From Patescibacteria group bacterium (GTDB taxonomy: Bacteria; Patescibacteriota; Microgenomatia; UBA1400; PJMF01): 64,000 bases of DNA. The notes beneath the pieces are model-generated. The model ran no database searches. It was not told where the DNA came from and saw only the letters and a program-made list of their open reading frames with translations. The stretch lies in assembly GCA_052035325.1 (NCBI GenBank), contig JBPOHR010000006.1, forward strand, positions 3,083 through 67,082, written 5' to 3'. Below, in pieces: positions 30,164 to 39,193 of the stretch. Made by a program: the position numbers and the translations under genes. Positions within the stretch are counted from its first letter, which is position 1; every line of letters begins with the position of its first letter.

Positions 30164-31216
30164 ATGCCTATCACCTTGACTAGTCCCCAAATGCTCGATG
30201 AATACCTTCTAGATCTTGGTCTAACGTGGGAACGGGCGCAACTTCCACCTCGAGAATGGCTGGAAAGTTTGACGTTTCCGCTTCGTCTACCAAAAGAATA
30301 TGCAGACTTGATCAACTGGACAAATCCGCTTGATCCCTTGCGGTTAATGGTTATTCCAGATCCTGCTGAAGCCCACATTGCGCAGTATGAGTTGAGTGAT
30401 CCTATTGGTGACACCGCGCGCGAAGCAGTCCCAGGACTTATCCATCGGTATCCTGATCGATGCTTGCTTTTGTTGACTTCACACTGTCTGGTCCATTGTC
30501 GTTTTTGCTTCCGCCGTGAAGTTGTTGGCAAAGTTAGACCAGTTGCCTTCAAACGGATAGCGCAGTACCTCCAAGCGCATACAGAAATCCACGAAGTGAT
30601 TTTTTCTGGTGGTGACCCAGCCACTTTTCCTGCAGGTTTTATTCAAACATTGGTCAATGAATTAGGTGATATTCAACACATTACTCGTTGGCGATTTCAT
30701 ACGCGTGTGCCAGCTGTAGAACCTACAGCTATTACTGACGAATGGTTGTCAACCATCAGCAAGTTGCCAGGCAAAAAAATTGTGGCAATTCATATTAATC
30801 ATCCGCGTGAAATTACCCCTGCGCTTAGCACTCTTATCAAAAAAATGCTTGGTTTAAACATCCTTTTATTATCACAAACAGTATTGCTCAAAGGTGTCAA
30901 TGACAACGCTGAAACGCTAAAAGAATTATTTGAAAACCTCGTCACCACGGGTGTGAAACCATACTATTTACACCATCTTGACCAAGCTCATGGTACTTCG
31001 CACTTTCGAATCTCGATTGAGGAGGGGAAAAAACTATATCGCCAACTACGCGGACATCTCTCTAGTGTGTGTCTACCGGAATATGTGCTCGATTTACCTC
31101 AAGGAAAAGACAAAGTACCCGTTATGTGGTTTGAAGAAACAGCACCAGGAATCTATCGAACAACGAGCTTTGAAGGAGAAGTTGTAGAGTATATAGATCA
31201 AACGTGCCAACCGTAG
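30164..31216 (+). CDS. epmB: KamA-family radical SAM lysine 2,3-aminomutase (EpmB-like)
   Basis: CLVHCRFC radical-SAM cysteine triad and a length matching EpmB (about 340 aa). Pathway partner of efp/epmA, which lie 5 kb away. Confidence 0.75.
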   Translation: MPITLTSPQMLDEYLLDLGLTWERAQLPPREWLESLTFPLRLPKEYADLINWTNPLDPLRLMVIPDPAEAHIAQYELSDPIGDTAREAVPGLIHRYPDRCLLLLTSHCLVHCRFCFRREVVGKVRPVAFKRIAQYLQAHTEIHEVIFSGGDPATFPAGFIQTLVNELGDIQHITRWRFHTRVPAVEPTAITDEWLSTISKLPGKKIVAIHINHPREITPALSTLIKKMLGLNILLLSQTVLLKGVNDNAETLKELFENLVTTGVKPYYLHHLDQAHGTSHFRISIEEGKKLYRQLRGHLSSVCLPEYVLDLPQGKDKVPVMWFEETAPGIYRTTSFEGEVVEYIDQTCQP

Positions 31217-31458
31217 GCAGTGGCTTGTGACCAGAAATAAAGGCCAAGATAAAGCAAGATCACCAGAATAAGGATTCCCATCAGCAGTTGGGAATTAGGG
31301 TGTTTGCGGTAGAACGCATCGCGCTCAGCACAGTAGGAATCCCATGCACTCATTTTTTTAGCACTTTTCGCAACTCGAGTTGGGGTGGTCTTTTTGGCAA
31401 CTACTTTTTTGGCAACAGCCTTGACAGCTGGTTTTTTGGGAAGACGACTTTTGGGCAT
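31198..31458 (-). CDS. small Lys-rich membrane protein (hypothetical)
   Basis: Internal start MPKSRLPKKPAVKAVAKK... followed by one TM helix. Convergent with epmB and overlaps it. Confidence 0.35.
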   Translation of the reverse strand: MPKSRLPKKPAVKAVAKKVVAKKTTPTRVAKSAKKMSAWDSYCAERDAFYRKHPNSQLLMGILILVILLYLGLYFWSQATAYGWHV

Positions 31459-31552
31459 AGGCAGGCTCTGGTCACGAAACCAATTGAATAATAAACGTGT
31501 ACAAAAAGAGTAGCAAAGAGTATTAACGCCGCGCAAGGGGTAGAATACACAC

Positions 31553-32296
31553 ATGCCCCAACGTCTACACGTCCTACTTGCTCATGCTGGAGTGGCCTCC
31601 CGCCGCCAGGCTGAAACCATGATTCGCGAAGGGCGGATTCGCGTTGATGGACAAATCGCCACCATTGGCCAACAGGTCGAGGGCACAGAACATATCACCA
31701 TCGATGACAAGGCATTTGCAGCTGCTCCTACCGAACACACTTATGTCATTATCAATAAACCAATCGGCTTAGTATCAACCACAAGCGATGAACTAGGCAG
31801 AAAAACAGTCCTGAGTGTGTTACCACCATCGCACCGTCAAAAAAGACTGTATCCAGTGGGTAGACTTGATACGGACAGCGAAGGGTTGTTGTTGCTTACT
31901 GATGACGGTGAAGTGGCATATCGGCTGACCCATGCCTCTTTCAAAGTAGCCAAAACGTACTGGACCCTGCTCGATCGACCTCCTTCTCAACCTGCACTAG
32001 AACATCTCCGCAGCGGCATCAAACTGTTTGAAGGTTGGGTAAAACCCGTCGAAGTTGCCGCCGTACCGATTGCCAGTGCGCCAAGCGAAGGTGTCTGGTG
32101 GAGTATGACAATCATCGAAGGTCGATACCATCAGGTCAAACGGATGTGGCAACGCTCCGGTTATGAAGTTAATCGTTTAATCCGTGTTGCCTTTGGCCCT
32201 CTTCGCCTCGATGATCTCGAAGGTAAATCTTGGCGGGAACTATCGGCAGATGAAGTGCGAACACTTCGCACCAGTGTAGGATTGACTACTGATTGA
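31553..32296 (+). CDS. RluB/RsuA-family 23S rRNA pseudouridine synthase
   Basis: S4 domain (LLAHAGVASRRQAETMIREGRIRV) and catalytic PVGRLDTDSEGLLLLTDDG. Ends with TGA. Confidence 0.85.
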   Translation: MPQRLHVLLAHAGVASRRQAETMIREGRIRVDGQIATIGQQVEGTEHITIDDKAFAAAPTEHTYVIINKPIGLVSTTSDELGRKTVLSVLPPSHRQKRLYPVGRLDTDSEGLLLLTDDGEVAYRLTHASFKVAKTYWTLLDRPPSQPALEHLRSGIKLFEGWVKPVEVAAVPIASAPSEGVWWSMTIIEGRYHQVKRMWQRSGYEVNRLIRVAFGPLRLDDLEGKSWRELSADEVRTLRTSVGLTTD

Positions 32297-33387
32297 TTCT
32301 GAGTTGGCCACCACACCGCTAGCAGCGTTGCCAACGGCACACTGAGCAGCACTCCAAAAGTCCCTAGCAACGTACGAATAATTTCTTCAGTCAACGACTG
32401 ATTACTCACCATCACCCACCAAGGAATCCGCGTACTCATGCCCAGTAATAGCAGTAAGGGTAAGTTTGCCCCTAAGTAGGCTAAAACTAACGTATTGACC
32501 AAAGATGCTAGATGATCTTGTCCCACCACCATAGATTGGCGGAACAATTTCAATCGCGATAGGCTAGCTCCGGTCAAGCGAAGTTGCTGCACCACCGAGA
32601 CTTGCGCCACGATCACATCATCCAAAATACCCAGTGTCCCCAGCATCACCCCGCCTAGGAACAAACCACGTAAATCCACACCCGCAAATGGTAAAAATTG
32701 CAAAACAAATGCTTCATCGCTGCCCAAACCTGTCAACCGCGCCATGCTCGTTACCACCACTGATAGCCCAATTACAACCAACATCGTTACCGCTAATGAC
32801 ACAACTGTTTGATGCGACATCTTTTGCCAACCGTGCGTCAAGTACGTGGTGACTGTACCGATGATAATAGCGGATGCCACTGCCACACCCACCGCTGCAT
32901 ATCCGGCAAGCAAAGCTGGCAGGGTGAAACCTAGTAAAACAGCAAAGGTCAGTACCATCCCCACCCCCGCATACCAGCCACGAATTCCGGCGATGGCAAT
33001 GAGTGTCACTATCAATAAAATAGCCAGCACACTCAAGAGGGGTAATTGATACAAGCTGATGACATTTGGCGAACCATCTTGATTCGTGGTACGAATCACT
33101 TGTTCATTTTTTTGGAGTAACTGAGATGCCATCAGCGGTTGAAACTCACTACCGATTTGTGCCGGAATCGCACTGTTGCTCAGAATTGCGGTCTGCACAT
33201 ACCCAGGCTGACCATTCGGCAGTTCACCAATCTGTTGAGTGGTAATTTCCTCTATAGTCGCCACTGCGAACTCTTCGCTCGCGCCGGATACACCTTGAAC
33301 ACAAACCAGAACAGACACCATGACAACAAAAACAGAGACGACAAAACGAATCGATCGAACAGACTTCATACCCCTATCGTAAATCAT
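32161..33387 (-). CDS. YibE/F-family membrane protein
   Basis: 408 aa, N-terminal signal/TM and a polytopic C-terminal half characteristic of YibE/F. Its 3' end overlaps the convergent rluB-like gene by 135 nt. Confidence 0.65.
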   Translation of the reverse strand: MIYDRGMKSVRSIRFVVSVFVVMVSVLVCVQGVSGASEEFAVATIEEITTQQIGELPNGQPGYVQTAILSNSAIPAQIGSEFQPLMASQLLQKNEQVIRTTNQDGSPNVISLYQLPLLSVLAILLIVTLIAIAGIRGWYAGVGMVLTFAVLLGFTLPALLAGYAAVGVAVASAIIIGTVTTYLTHGWQKMSHQTVVSLAVTMLVVIGLSVVVTSMARLTGLGSDEAFVLQFLPFAGVDLRGLFLGGVMLGTLGILDDVIVAQVSVVQQLRLTGASLSRLKLFRQSMVVGQDHLASLVNTLVLAYLGANLPLLLLLGMSTRIPWWVMVSNQSLTEEIIRTLLGTFGVLLSVPLATLLAVWWPTQNQSVVNPTLVRSVRTSSADSSRQDLPSRSSRRRGPKATRIKRLTS

Positions 33388-33406
33388 CGTAACAAGATAG
33401 TGTATC

Positions 33407-33461
33407 GCAACTTAGTTGCATATTAGCGACACATGCGTTATAGTATGCGCAACTTAGTTGC
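33407..33461. promoter_or_regulatory. two copies of a 13-bp perfect palindrome GCAACTTAGTTGC (33407-33419, 33449-33461) in a divergent intergenic region
   Basis: Seen directly: cGCAACTTAGTTGC repeated 42 bp apart (four helical turns) between the YibE/F gene and ORF 33480. Candidate operator pair. Confidence 0.5.
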
Positions 33462-33479
33462 TTATTAATAGAAAGAGCT

Positions 33480-34379
33480 ATGCCAGGTCCAGAAACTACC
33501 ATTTACTCAAAACTAGCAGGATCACACATAGAAGATCAAGTAAACAGACATTTGAACCGATTGGTAGATGTCCGCCAACTTCCCGCTGATGCATTACCGC
33601 GCGTCGTTGTACAAGCAGTTAATGGGGGCAAAGCATTCCGTACTGGTATTGCCTACACAGTTAATGGCGAGACACATCTAAAACTGTTTGGTGCAGCCGT
33701 TAGAGGAACACTCAGCGGTAATTCTGATGCAGACTACGCCTTTTTTGAATCAATTGCACGCCAACAAGTGCCTTCTGTTCTTGCCCACTTAGAGTTCAGC
33801 GAAGGCTCACTTTTTCCTGGTCATAACCCAAATGTAGCTGCTAATCACCGCATCGCAGCTGTTGCGACAGTGGGCCTACTAGCAAAAGCGCAGCTTGCGT
33901 CAAACATAGATAGACCAGATTTGCACGTCGCGGCAGTCAAACGTTTAGCAAGCCTAGGTGAAACGCCACAAGCAGTGCTCCACCGACCTCACCATACGAC
34001 AGCGGCACATTGGCAAGCATCGGTTAGTACACAGTTTGAACAGACAGGCGGCATCGCCGTTGATGACGTTATACTTTCCAGAACGAATCAACCTTTTCTG
34101 GCGTTACTTGATACGACACTAGCCCCTTCAATGCCCCGTTCCGGCGATACAACTCACGTGATAACACCAGATCGCAGTGCAGAAAACCCGGCATTAGTGC
34201 TGGCGGTTGATGCCATGGCCGATGTTACTACTCAACTGGGAGTTCGTGTTACACCTCGGGAGTTGGTTCAAAAATCAGCTGAAATCTTGGACACTGGCAG
34301 CGCCAGTCTCGCAAATAGCGTGGACGTGCGCGAACTAGGCGGTGCAGTGACTGGACAAGCAACAAAGAAACTCTACTAG
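33480..34379 (+). CDS. hypothetical protein (299 aa), GC-richer module
   Basis: Long ORF with no recognisable motif. Local GC is visibly higher than the flanks. Confidence 0.4.
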   Translation: MPGPETTIYSKLAGSHIEDQVNRHLNRLVDVRQLPADALPRVVVQAVNGGKAFRTGIAYTVNGETHLKLFGAAVRGTLSGNSDADYAFFESIARQQVPSVLAHLEFSEGSLFPGHNPNVAANHRIAAVATVGLLAKAQLASNIDRPDLHVAAVKRLASLGETPQAVLHRPHHTTAAHWQASVSTQFEQTGGIAVDDVILSRTNQPFLALLDTTLAPSMPRSGDTTHVITPDRSAENPALVLAVDAMADVTTQLGVRVTPRELVQKSAEILDTGSASLANSVDVRELGGAVTGQATKKLY

Positions 34380-34391
34380 TCACTTGTCGTT

Positions 34392-35054
34392 ATGCCAAAT
34401 CATGAACAGTTCGTACCGATTGAAGCGCTAGAAGATGTAGCAGATTTTGACCAAGTGCTGACAGGGGTAGGAATAGATGTAGTAGAGCCTGATGAAACAG
34501 GCCCGACTAACCTCGATATCTTTGCAGCGTATGCAGGGGTGGCGAATACCAGCTCTTCTATAACTGCTGAGCCTAGTGATTTACACGCCGAAACAGCGAT
34601 GCAGCTCCGTGCAGACGCCATCCCCGTATTTGACTCAGTTGAAGCATTCGATCAAGACATCAGAACACTCCGAGAAAAACATCGATTGACATTCAGGGCA
34701 CTAGATACACTTGCTGGTTTTGGTGGTTTACTCCATGGTCTGATCCACCCCTTCGAACATCTGTTTACTGGCGCGCATCTGGCGGTACCAGGCGTTGCGG
34801 GTAGTCATGATGATGAACACAACCAACATACGACAGCCAGTGCGCTTCGTAAGAGACATGCACTACAACACACTGCACCGAAGCACTCTGGAGCTAGGCA
34901 GCGTGCTGCAGTAAAACCACATGCTTCGCGCCGAGGTTCACAAGGATCGGGCTTATTTGGCCCAATCAACTCCAAGGGTATACAATACTTATTCGAGCCA
35001 CAGTTTGCTTCTGTGTCATTTGGTCAATTCCTCGCAGACTCTGTCGCAGCTTGA
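34392..35054 (+). CDS. hypothetical His-rich protein (220 aa)
   Basis: Contains HGLIHPFEHLF and HDDEHNQH stretches. Lies 12 nt after the previous ORF. Confidence 0.4.
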   Translation: MPNHEQFVPIEALEDVADFDQVLTGVGIDVVEPDETGPTNLDIFAAYAGVANTSSSITAEPSDLHAETAMQLRADAIPVFDSVEAFDQDIRTLREKHRLTFRALDTLAGFGGLLHGLIHPFEHLFTGAHLAVPGVAGSHDDEHNQHTTASALRKRHALQHTAPKHSGARQRAAVKPHASRRGSQGSGLFGPINSKGIQYLFEPQFASVSFGQFLADSVAA

Positions 35055-35073
35055 TCCATCGCTCGAACACACC

Positions 35074-35442
35074 ATGCCACCAATTCCGGAAATCGGACCC
35101 GCTATTATCGAATTACTCCATACTGAACACTTGCTATCAGCGTCAGCAATCGTCGAAAAACTCCAAGTTAGTCGGCCTCATCTCAACAAAACTTCTGTGT
35201 ATCGTGCACTAGAAAAACTAATGAGCGATGGCCAACTGTGCCGACATAACTTGCTGGATAACGAATTAGTTTACGAACTTCGTGGTCACCACCATGATCA
35301 CTTTGTCTGTACTACCTGTGGCAAAATTATGCCAACAGAGTGCCAAGTTCACATTGAGCCTACAAGTGCCGCACGATTCCAGGTAGTACATCATCACCTC
35401 ACCTTGTTCGGCTTGTGTGCGGATTGCCAAAAAGCAGCCTAG
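35074..35442 (+). CDS. Fur-family metalloregulator (Fur/Zur/PerR-like)
   Basis: Internal start MPPIPEIG...; winged helix, HHHDHF regulatory-site motif and CxxC pairs (CTTCGK, CADCQK). Confidence 0.8.
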   Translation: MPPIPEIGPAIIELLHTEHLLSASAIVEKLQVSRPHLNKTSVYRALEKLMSDGQLCRHNLLDNELVYELRGHHHDHFVCTTCGKIMPTECQVHIEPTSAARFQVVHHHLTLFGLCADCQKAA

Positions 35443-35458
35443 GCTGCATGCTAGTTAT

Positions 35459-36610
35459 ATGTTGAAGCGAGTAGTTATCTACCTTACCGCAAGCATACTC
35501 ATGCTCATTGTTGGTGTTCGCACCACAGCACAGGTCTACGCTCAAGAAACGGCATTGCCGCCAGCACCAACTTTCTCCCTTGGCACAGTTGAGAACATCA
35601 CCAGTGAAACCACCACCCACGCCGGTGGTTATCCTCAGACAACTCAAGAACTTGAGATAACGTTATCAGACACTACCAATACTCCAGCCAGCTATCAGCT
35701 ACCACTCGGGGCAGGGGAGGACCGGCTACTGCGGGTGGGCCAACGAGTGATACTGACACAGGTAACACAAGCCGATGGTACTTCACTGTACGAGGTAAAT
35801 GATTTGTACCGATTACCGGCAACAATTGCCATGATTGTGGTATTTTTTGCAGTGATTTTGGTGTTGAGTCGCGGCCACGGTGTGGCCGCGCTCGGTGGCT
35901 TAGCCTTCAGTATCTGGCTACTCATCATGTTCGTCGTGCCGCAACTTGCCCACGGCGCCACTCCAATTGTAATAAGTGCCATTGCTACCTTTCTGATTGC
36001 TATTTCTTCGTTACTTGTGGCACACGGTTTCACTGCCCGCAGTGTGGTATCACTGATTAGTACGTTAATTACTCTCGTGTTTGCCATGCTGACAGCCCTC
36101 ATTTTCGTCCAATTAACTCAGCTCTTCGGTCTAGGCTCTGATGAAGGCATCGAGCTGCAATACGGGGCACTGGCCGCTATCAACCTCCGTGGTCTACTGT
36201 TAGCCGGAATGCTCATTGGTGCGCTCGGAGTGCTCGACGATATCACCACTGCCCAAACCGCTGCCATTGAAGAACTTCATCGGGCCAATCCCGCCCTCAC
36301 CGTTCGCGAACTGTATGCACGCGGCATGTCGATTGGCCGAGAACATATCACTTCACTCGTCAACACCCTCGCCCTTGCCTATGCCGGTGCCTCGCTTCCG
36401 ATGCTGCTGGTGTTCCAACTCTACCAACAACCACTCTGGGTGACACTCAACAGTGAGTTTGTCGTCGAAGAAGTCGTCCGTACCATCGTGGGTAGTATGG
36501 CGTTAGCAGTCGCTGTCCCGATTACCACTTGGTTGGCAGCCAAGTGGTTTGTGCAGTGGTTTCCTGATTCGCTCCCAGCTAATCCCCAGAAGCATTATCA
36601 TTCACATTAG
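35459..36610 (+). CDS. YibE/F-family membrane protein (paralog of 32161..33387)
   Basis: Same architecture as the other YibE/F gene; shared motifs include GLGSDEG/GLGSDEA and LGxLDDxxxAQ. Confidence 0.65.
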   Translation: MLKRVVIYLTASILMLIVGVRTTAQVYAQETALPPAPTFSLGTVENITSETTTHAGGYPQTTQELEITLSDTTNTPASYQLPLGAGEDRLLRVGQRVILTQVTQADGTSLYEVNDLYRLPATIAMIVVFFAVILVLSRGHGVAALGGLAFSIWLLIMFVVPQLAHGATPIVISAIATFLIAISSLLVAHGFTARSVVSLISTLITLVFAMLTALIFVQLTQLFGLGSDEGIELQYGALAAINLRGLLLAGMLIGALGVLDDITTAQTAAIEELHRANPALTVRELYARGMSIGREHITSLVNTLALAYAGASLPMLLVFQLYQQPLWVTLNSEFVVEEVVRTIVGSMALAVAVPITTWLAAKWFVQWFPDSLPANPQKHYHSH

Positions 36611-36635
36611 TTCCCGATACATTTTTTTTCTCCAA

Positions 36636-36662
36636 TTAGCAGTGCTTGACATTGAGTGCTAA
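36636..36662 (+). promoter_or_regulatory. CIRCE-like inverted repeat TTAGCAGTG-N9-GAGTGCTAA overlapping a TTGACA -35 box, upstream of hsp20
   Basis: CIRCE consensus is TTAGCACTC-N9-GAGTGCTAA. The right arm is perfect and the left arm has 2 mismatches; the N9 spacer cttgacatt contains TTGACA. Confidence 0.55.
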
Positions 36663-36732
36663 GTATTGTTAAGATAATTAGCAATGAACCGTTGCGAGTG
36701 CTAACAGACCGCACTCAGACAGAAAGGAACCT

Positions 36733-37149
36733 ATGTCATTAGTCAGATGGAGTCCGATGCTCAGCTCACTCAATCGCTGGCCAAGTATCTGGGACGATGA
36801 AGATCTCGGCAGTATACTTTCGAGTGCGTCAAATAATCTCGACGTCTATGAGACCGACAACGAAGTTGTCGTCAAAGCCAACGTAGCCGGCGTCAGCGCC
36901 GACAAAATTGATGTGATGTTTGAAAAGGGTGTACTGACCATTACCGCCAATGCCACCGACGAGAGTAGTGATGAAAAAAAGAAACACTACAGCAAGTCGT
37001 CTTGGCAGTATTCATACCGCGTAGCCGTCCCCGGCATGCTCGATCACACTGTCGAACCTTCAGCAGAAGTTAAGGATGGCGTGATAACGTTGACCTTCAA
37101 GAAGGCTGAAGCATCAAAACCCAAAAAATTATCCGTGAAATCAGCTTAA
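36733..37149 (+). CDS. Hsp20/alpha-crystallin small heat-shock protein
   Basis: 138 aa with the ACD-domain pattern (...DVYETDNEVVVKANVAGVSADKIDV...). Confidence 0.85.
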   Translation: MSLVRWSPMLSSLNRWPSIWDDEDLGSILSSASNNLDVYETDNEVVVKANVAGVSADKIDVMFEKGVLTITANATDESSDEKKKHYSKSSWQYSYRVAVPGMLDHTVEPSAEVKDGVITLTFKKAEASKPKKLSVKSA

Positions 37150-37170
37150 TCTAGCTGGACAGACCACTAG

Positions 37171-37208
37171 CCCCGCTTTCTGATATTACTTTAGAGGCGG
37201 GGTTTTTG
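37171..37208. terminator. bidirectional rho-independent terminator
   Basis: CCCCGC ... GCGGGG stem followed by TTTTT, between convergent genes. Confidence 0.5.
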
Positions 37209-37218
37209 GTTTGGAGTA

Positions 37219-37767
37219 TTACAAGCCTGCCATACCCTCAATATTCCAGTATTCAATTGCTCGTGCCAGATCTTTAACTCTGATATAGTTTCCCTTTAAA
37301 ACATCTATTTGCCTGGTTCGCTGCGCCTGCTGTTTAATTACTTTAACTGTCCTAGCTTCAACTCCCTTGACATCACTTCCATATGTAGCGAAGTAGTATA
37401 TGACTGCCTGGCACACAATTTGAGTTAGATCAGGATTATCTTCTAGTAACTCAACAAGTCGTACTATACTGACCGTATACAGGGTAAAATCTCTAGCCCA
37501 CTCCTGAGCAACCCGAGACTCACGCATCAGATTTTTCAAATCTAGCACGGGTACAACTGGCACTACAGCTTCGCTTTCTTCTACATCGTCCAATTCACCA
37601 TCAGCCTCATTTACAATTACACTTTGCAAATCAGAGAAATAACTTGCATTGTCATATAGGTACCTGAGAAAGGAAAGACACAATGAAATATTGTATTCAG
37701 TATATCCACTTCTAGTGAGTTGGGTTTCAGCGTAGCTTAGAAAAGTGTCTTTATTCGTATTTGCCAT
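37219..37767 (-). CDS. hypothetical protein (182 aa)
   Basis: ORF only. Confidence 0.4.
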   Translation of the reverse strand: MANTNKDTFLSYAETQLTRSGYTEYNISLCLSFLRYLYDNASYFSDLQSVIVNEADGELDDVEESEAVVPVVPVLDLKNLMRESRVAQEWARDFTLYTVSIVRLVELLEDNPDLTQIVCQAVIYYFATYGSDVKGVEARTVKVIKQQAQRTRQIDVLKGNYIRVKDLARAIEYWNIEGMAGL

Positions 37768-37860
37768 TTTGCTATAGGTACGTTAACAAATAAAATGTAC
37801 TTTGATGGTAATAAATGGGTAAGAGAATATATGTCACACAGTTTACGTAAAGTTAACCAG

Positions 37861-38217
37861 TCATTCACTTTTTCGCCTTTTTTCAACCACCCTCATTTTC
37901 ACGATTTTGGTAATCAACTGTTCGGGCAACTCTTCATCAAGGGGAAACTGTGCAGCACCTTTTGAGGTAGCATACTTCGATAGTTCTTTTGCAAACTGGG
38001 TTATCCCAGATGGAGTAGGGTAGAAGCCGATATGGTGTTTGTAGGCAGCAAAGTGGACCAAGTTGCCGTTGAGAAAAAAGGTAGGCATTCCGTAGGCAAT
38101 TTTTTCGGTGGCTTCCGGCGCAGCGGCTTGAATGAGACTTCGTAAACGCTGTAGTTTGACTTGTACTTCGGGGGGGAAAGTGGTGATGTAGGCGTCGATG
38201 GAAGTGGGGGGTTGCAT
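37861..38217 (-). CDS. DUF1801 (YdhG-like) domain protein
   Basis: ...IAYGMPTFFLNGNLVHFAAYKHHIGFYP... is typical of DUF1801. Internal start MQPPTS. Confidence 0.55.
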   Translation of the reverse strand: MQPPTSIDAYITTFPPEVQVKLQRLRSLIQAAAPEATEKIAYGMPTFFLNGNLVHFAAYKHHIGFYPTPSGITQFAKELSKYATSKGAAQFPLDEELPEQLITKIVKMRVVEKRRKSE

Positions 38218-38251
38218 AAGTAAAGTATACAAGAAGTGTATAGTAAATAGC

Positions 38252-38620
38252 ATGCAAAAATACAAGTCGATTTTGATTGCCACACTCGGGTGGGGCAGCG
38301 TGCTCTGGCTGGTTGGATATCTTTTGGGCATGATTCTGTTTTTTGTCATTCCTACTGAATTGATTGGCTGGATAATCACGCCTGTGGGAATTGCGTTGAC
38401 GATGTGGGTATTGATTAGAAAAATCCATCAGCAACATTTTTACGAATATCTAGTGATTGGTATAGTCTGGGCCGCCCTGGCAGTTATGTTAGATTATGTA
38501 TTTCTAGTTAAAATGCTGAACAATGCTACGTACTACAAGTTGGATGTGTATTTCTACTATGCTACAACACTGTTGCTGCCCTTGTTGATTGGTAGATGGA
38601 AGTTACGAAAAAGGGAGTAG
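38252..38620 (+). CDS. small membrane protein (3-4 TM), hypothetical
   Basis: Internal start MQKYKSILIATLG...; hydrophobic segments. Confidence 0.4.
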   Translation: MQKYKSILIATLGWGSVLWLVGYLLGMILFFVIPTELIGWIITPVGIALTMWVLIRKIHQQHFYEYLVIGIVWAALAVMLDYVFLVKMLNNATYYKLDVYFYYATTLLLPLLIGRWKLRKRE

Positions 38621-38626
38621 TCTAAC

Positions 38627-39151
38627 TTAATTTTTTAGTTTGAAATGCTTGCGGATTAGGTCATTCGCCCAGACGTAATGACTATACAGTGCTGACCGAA
38701 AATAGACAGCCATGTTACTTGAACCTGTCCAGATATATTTTTTCTTAGTAAACAACTCCTCTTCACTATGACTAGCAATTATGTTGAGAAATGCAACATG
38801 GGACTTTTCCAGTTTTTCGGCTAGCTCTGCCCAGCTGATATCTTTGTATTGTTGAAACAACTTTTCGTTCAATTGTGGCGTGTCCTTGAATGTAAAGCCT
38901 TCAGCAGGAATCGCTGGTTTAGTACCAGTTATGCCCACCTTATACCACTCCAGCTCTAGAACCTGCCAAGCGTACACATGCGCGACAATATCTTTGGCAG
39001 TGCGATTATCAAAAACAGTCTCGATATCACGCTGCTCAGGTGATAATGCAGATATAAAGCGTACGAGACGTTCATACTCGTCTTGCGAGAAGTCTAGGAG
39101 TTGTTGTTTATTAAGTGGGCGGGACATGAGAAATTTATGTGATGTTAGCAA
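38627..39151 (-). CDS. ClbS/DfsB-family (DUF1706) four-helix-bundle protein
   Basis: ...AHVYAWQVLELEWYK... pattern and a length of about 170 aa. Confidence 0.5.
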   Translation of the reverse strand: MLTSHKFLMSRPLNKQQLLDFSQDEYERLVRFISALSPEQRDIETVFDNRTAKDIVAHVYAWQVLELEWYKVGITGTKPAIPAEGFTFKDTPQLNEKLFQQYKDISWAELAEKLEKSHVAFLNIIASHSEEELFTKKKYIWTGSSNMAVYFRSALYSHYVWANDLIRKHFKLKN

Positions 39152-39193
39152 ACGGTAATTGACTGTGAGCTATTTGGCCAAGAGGAAGAAGGC

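Noticed and set aside
30157-30624. 155-aa minus-strand ORF
   Set aside because: Antisense to the epmB-like radical SAM gene, and Arg/Ser-rich as is typical of antisense translation of a GC-rich coding region.
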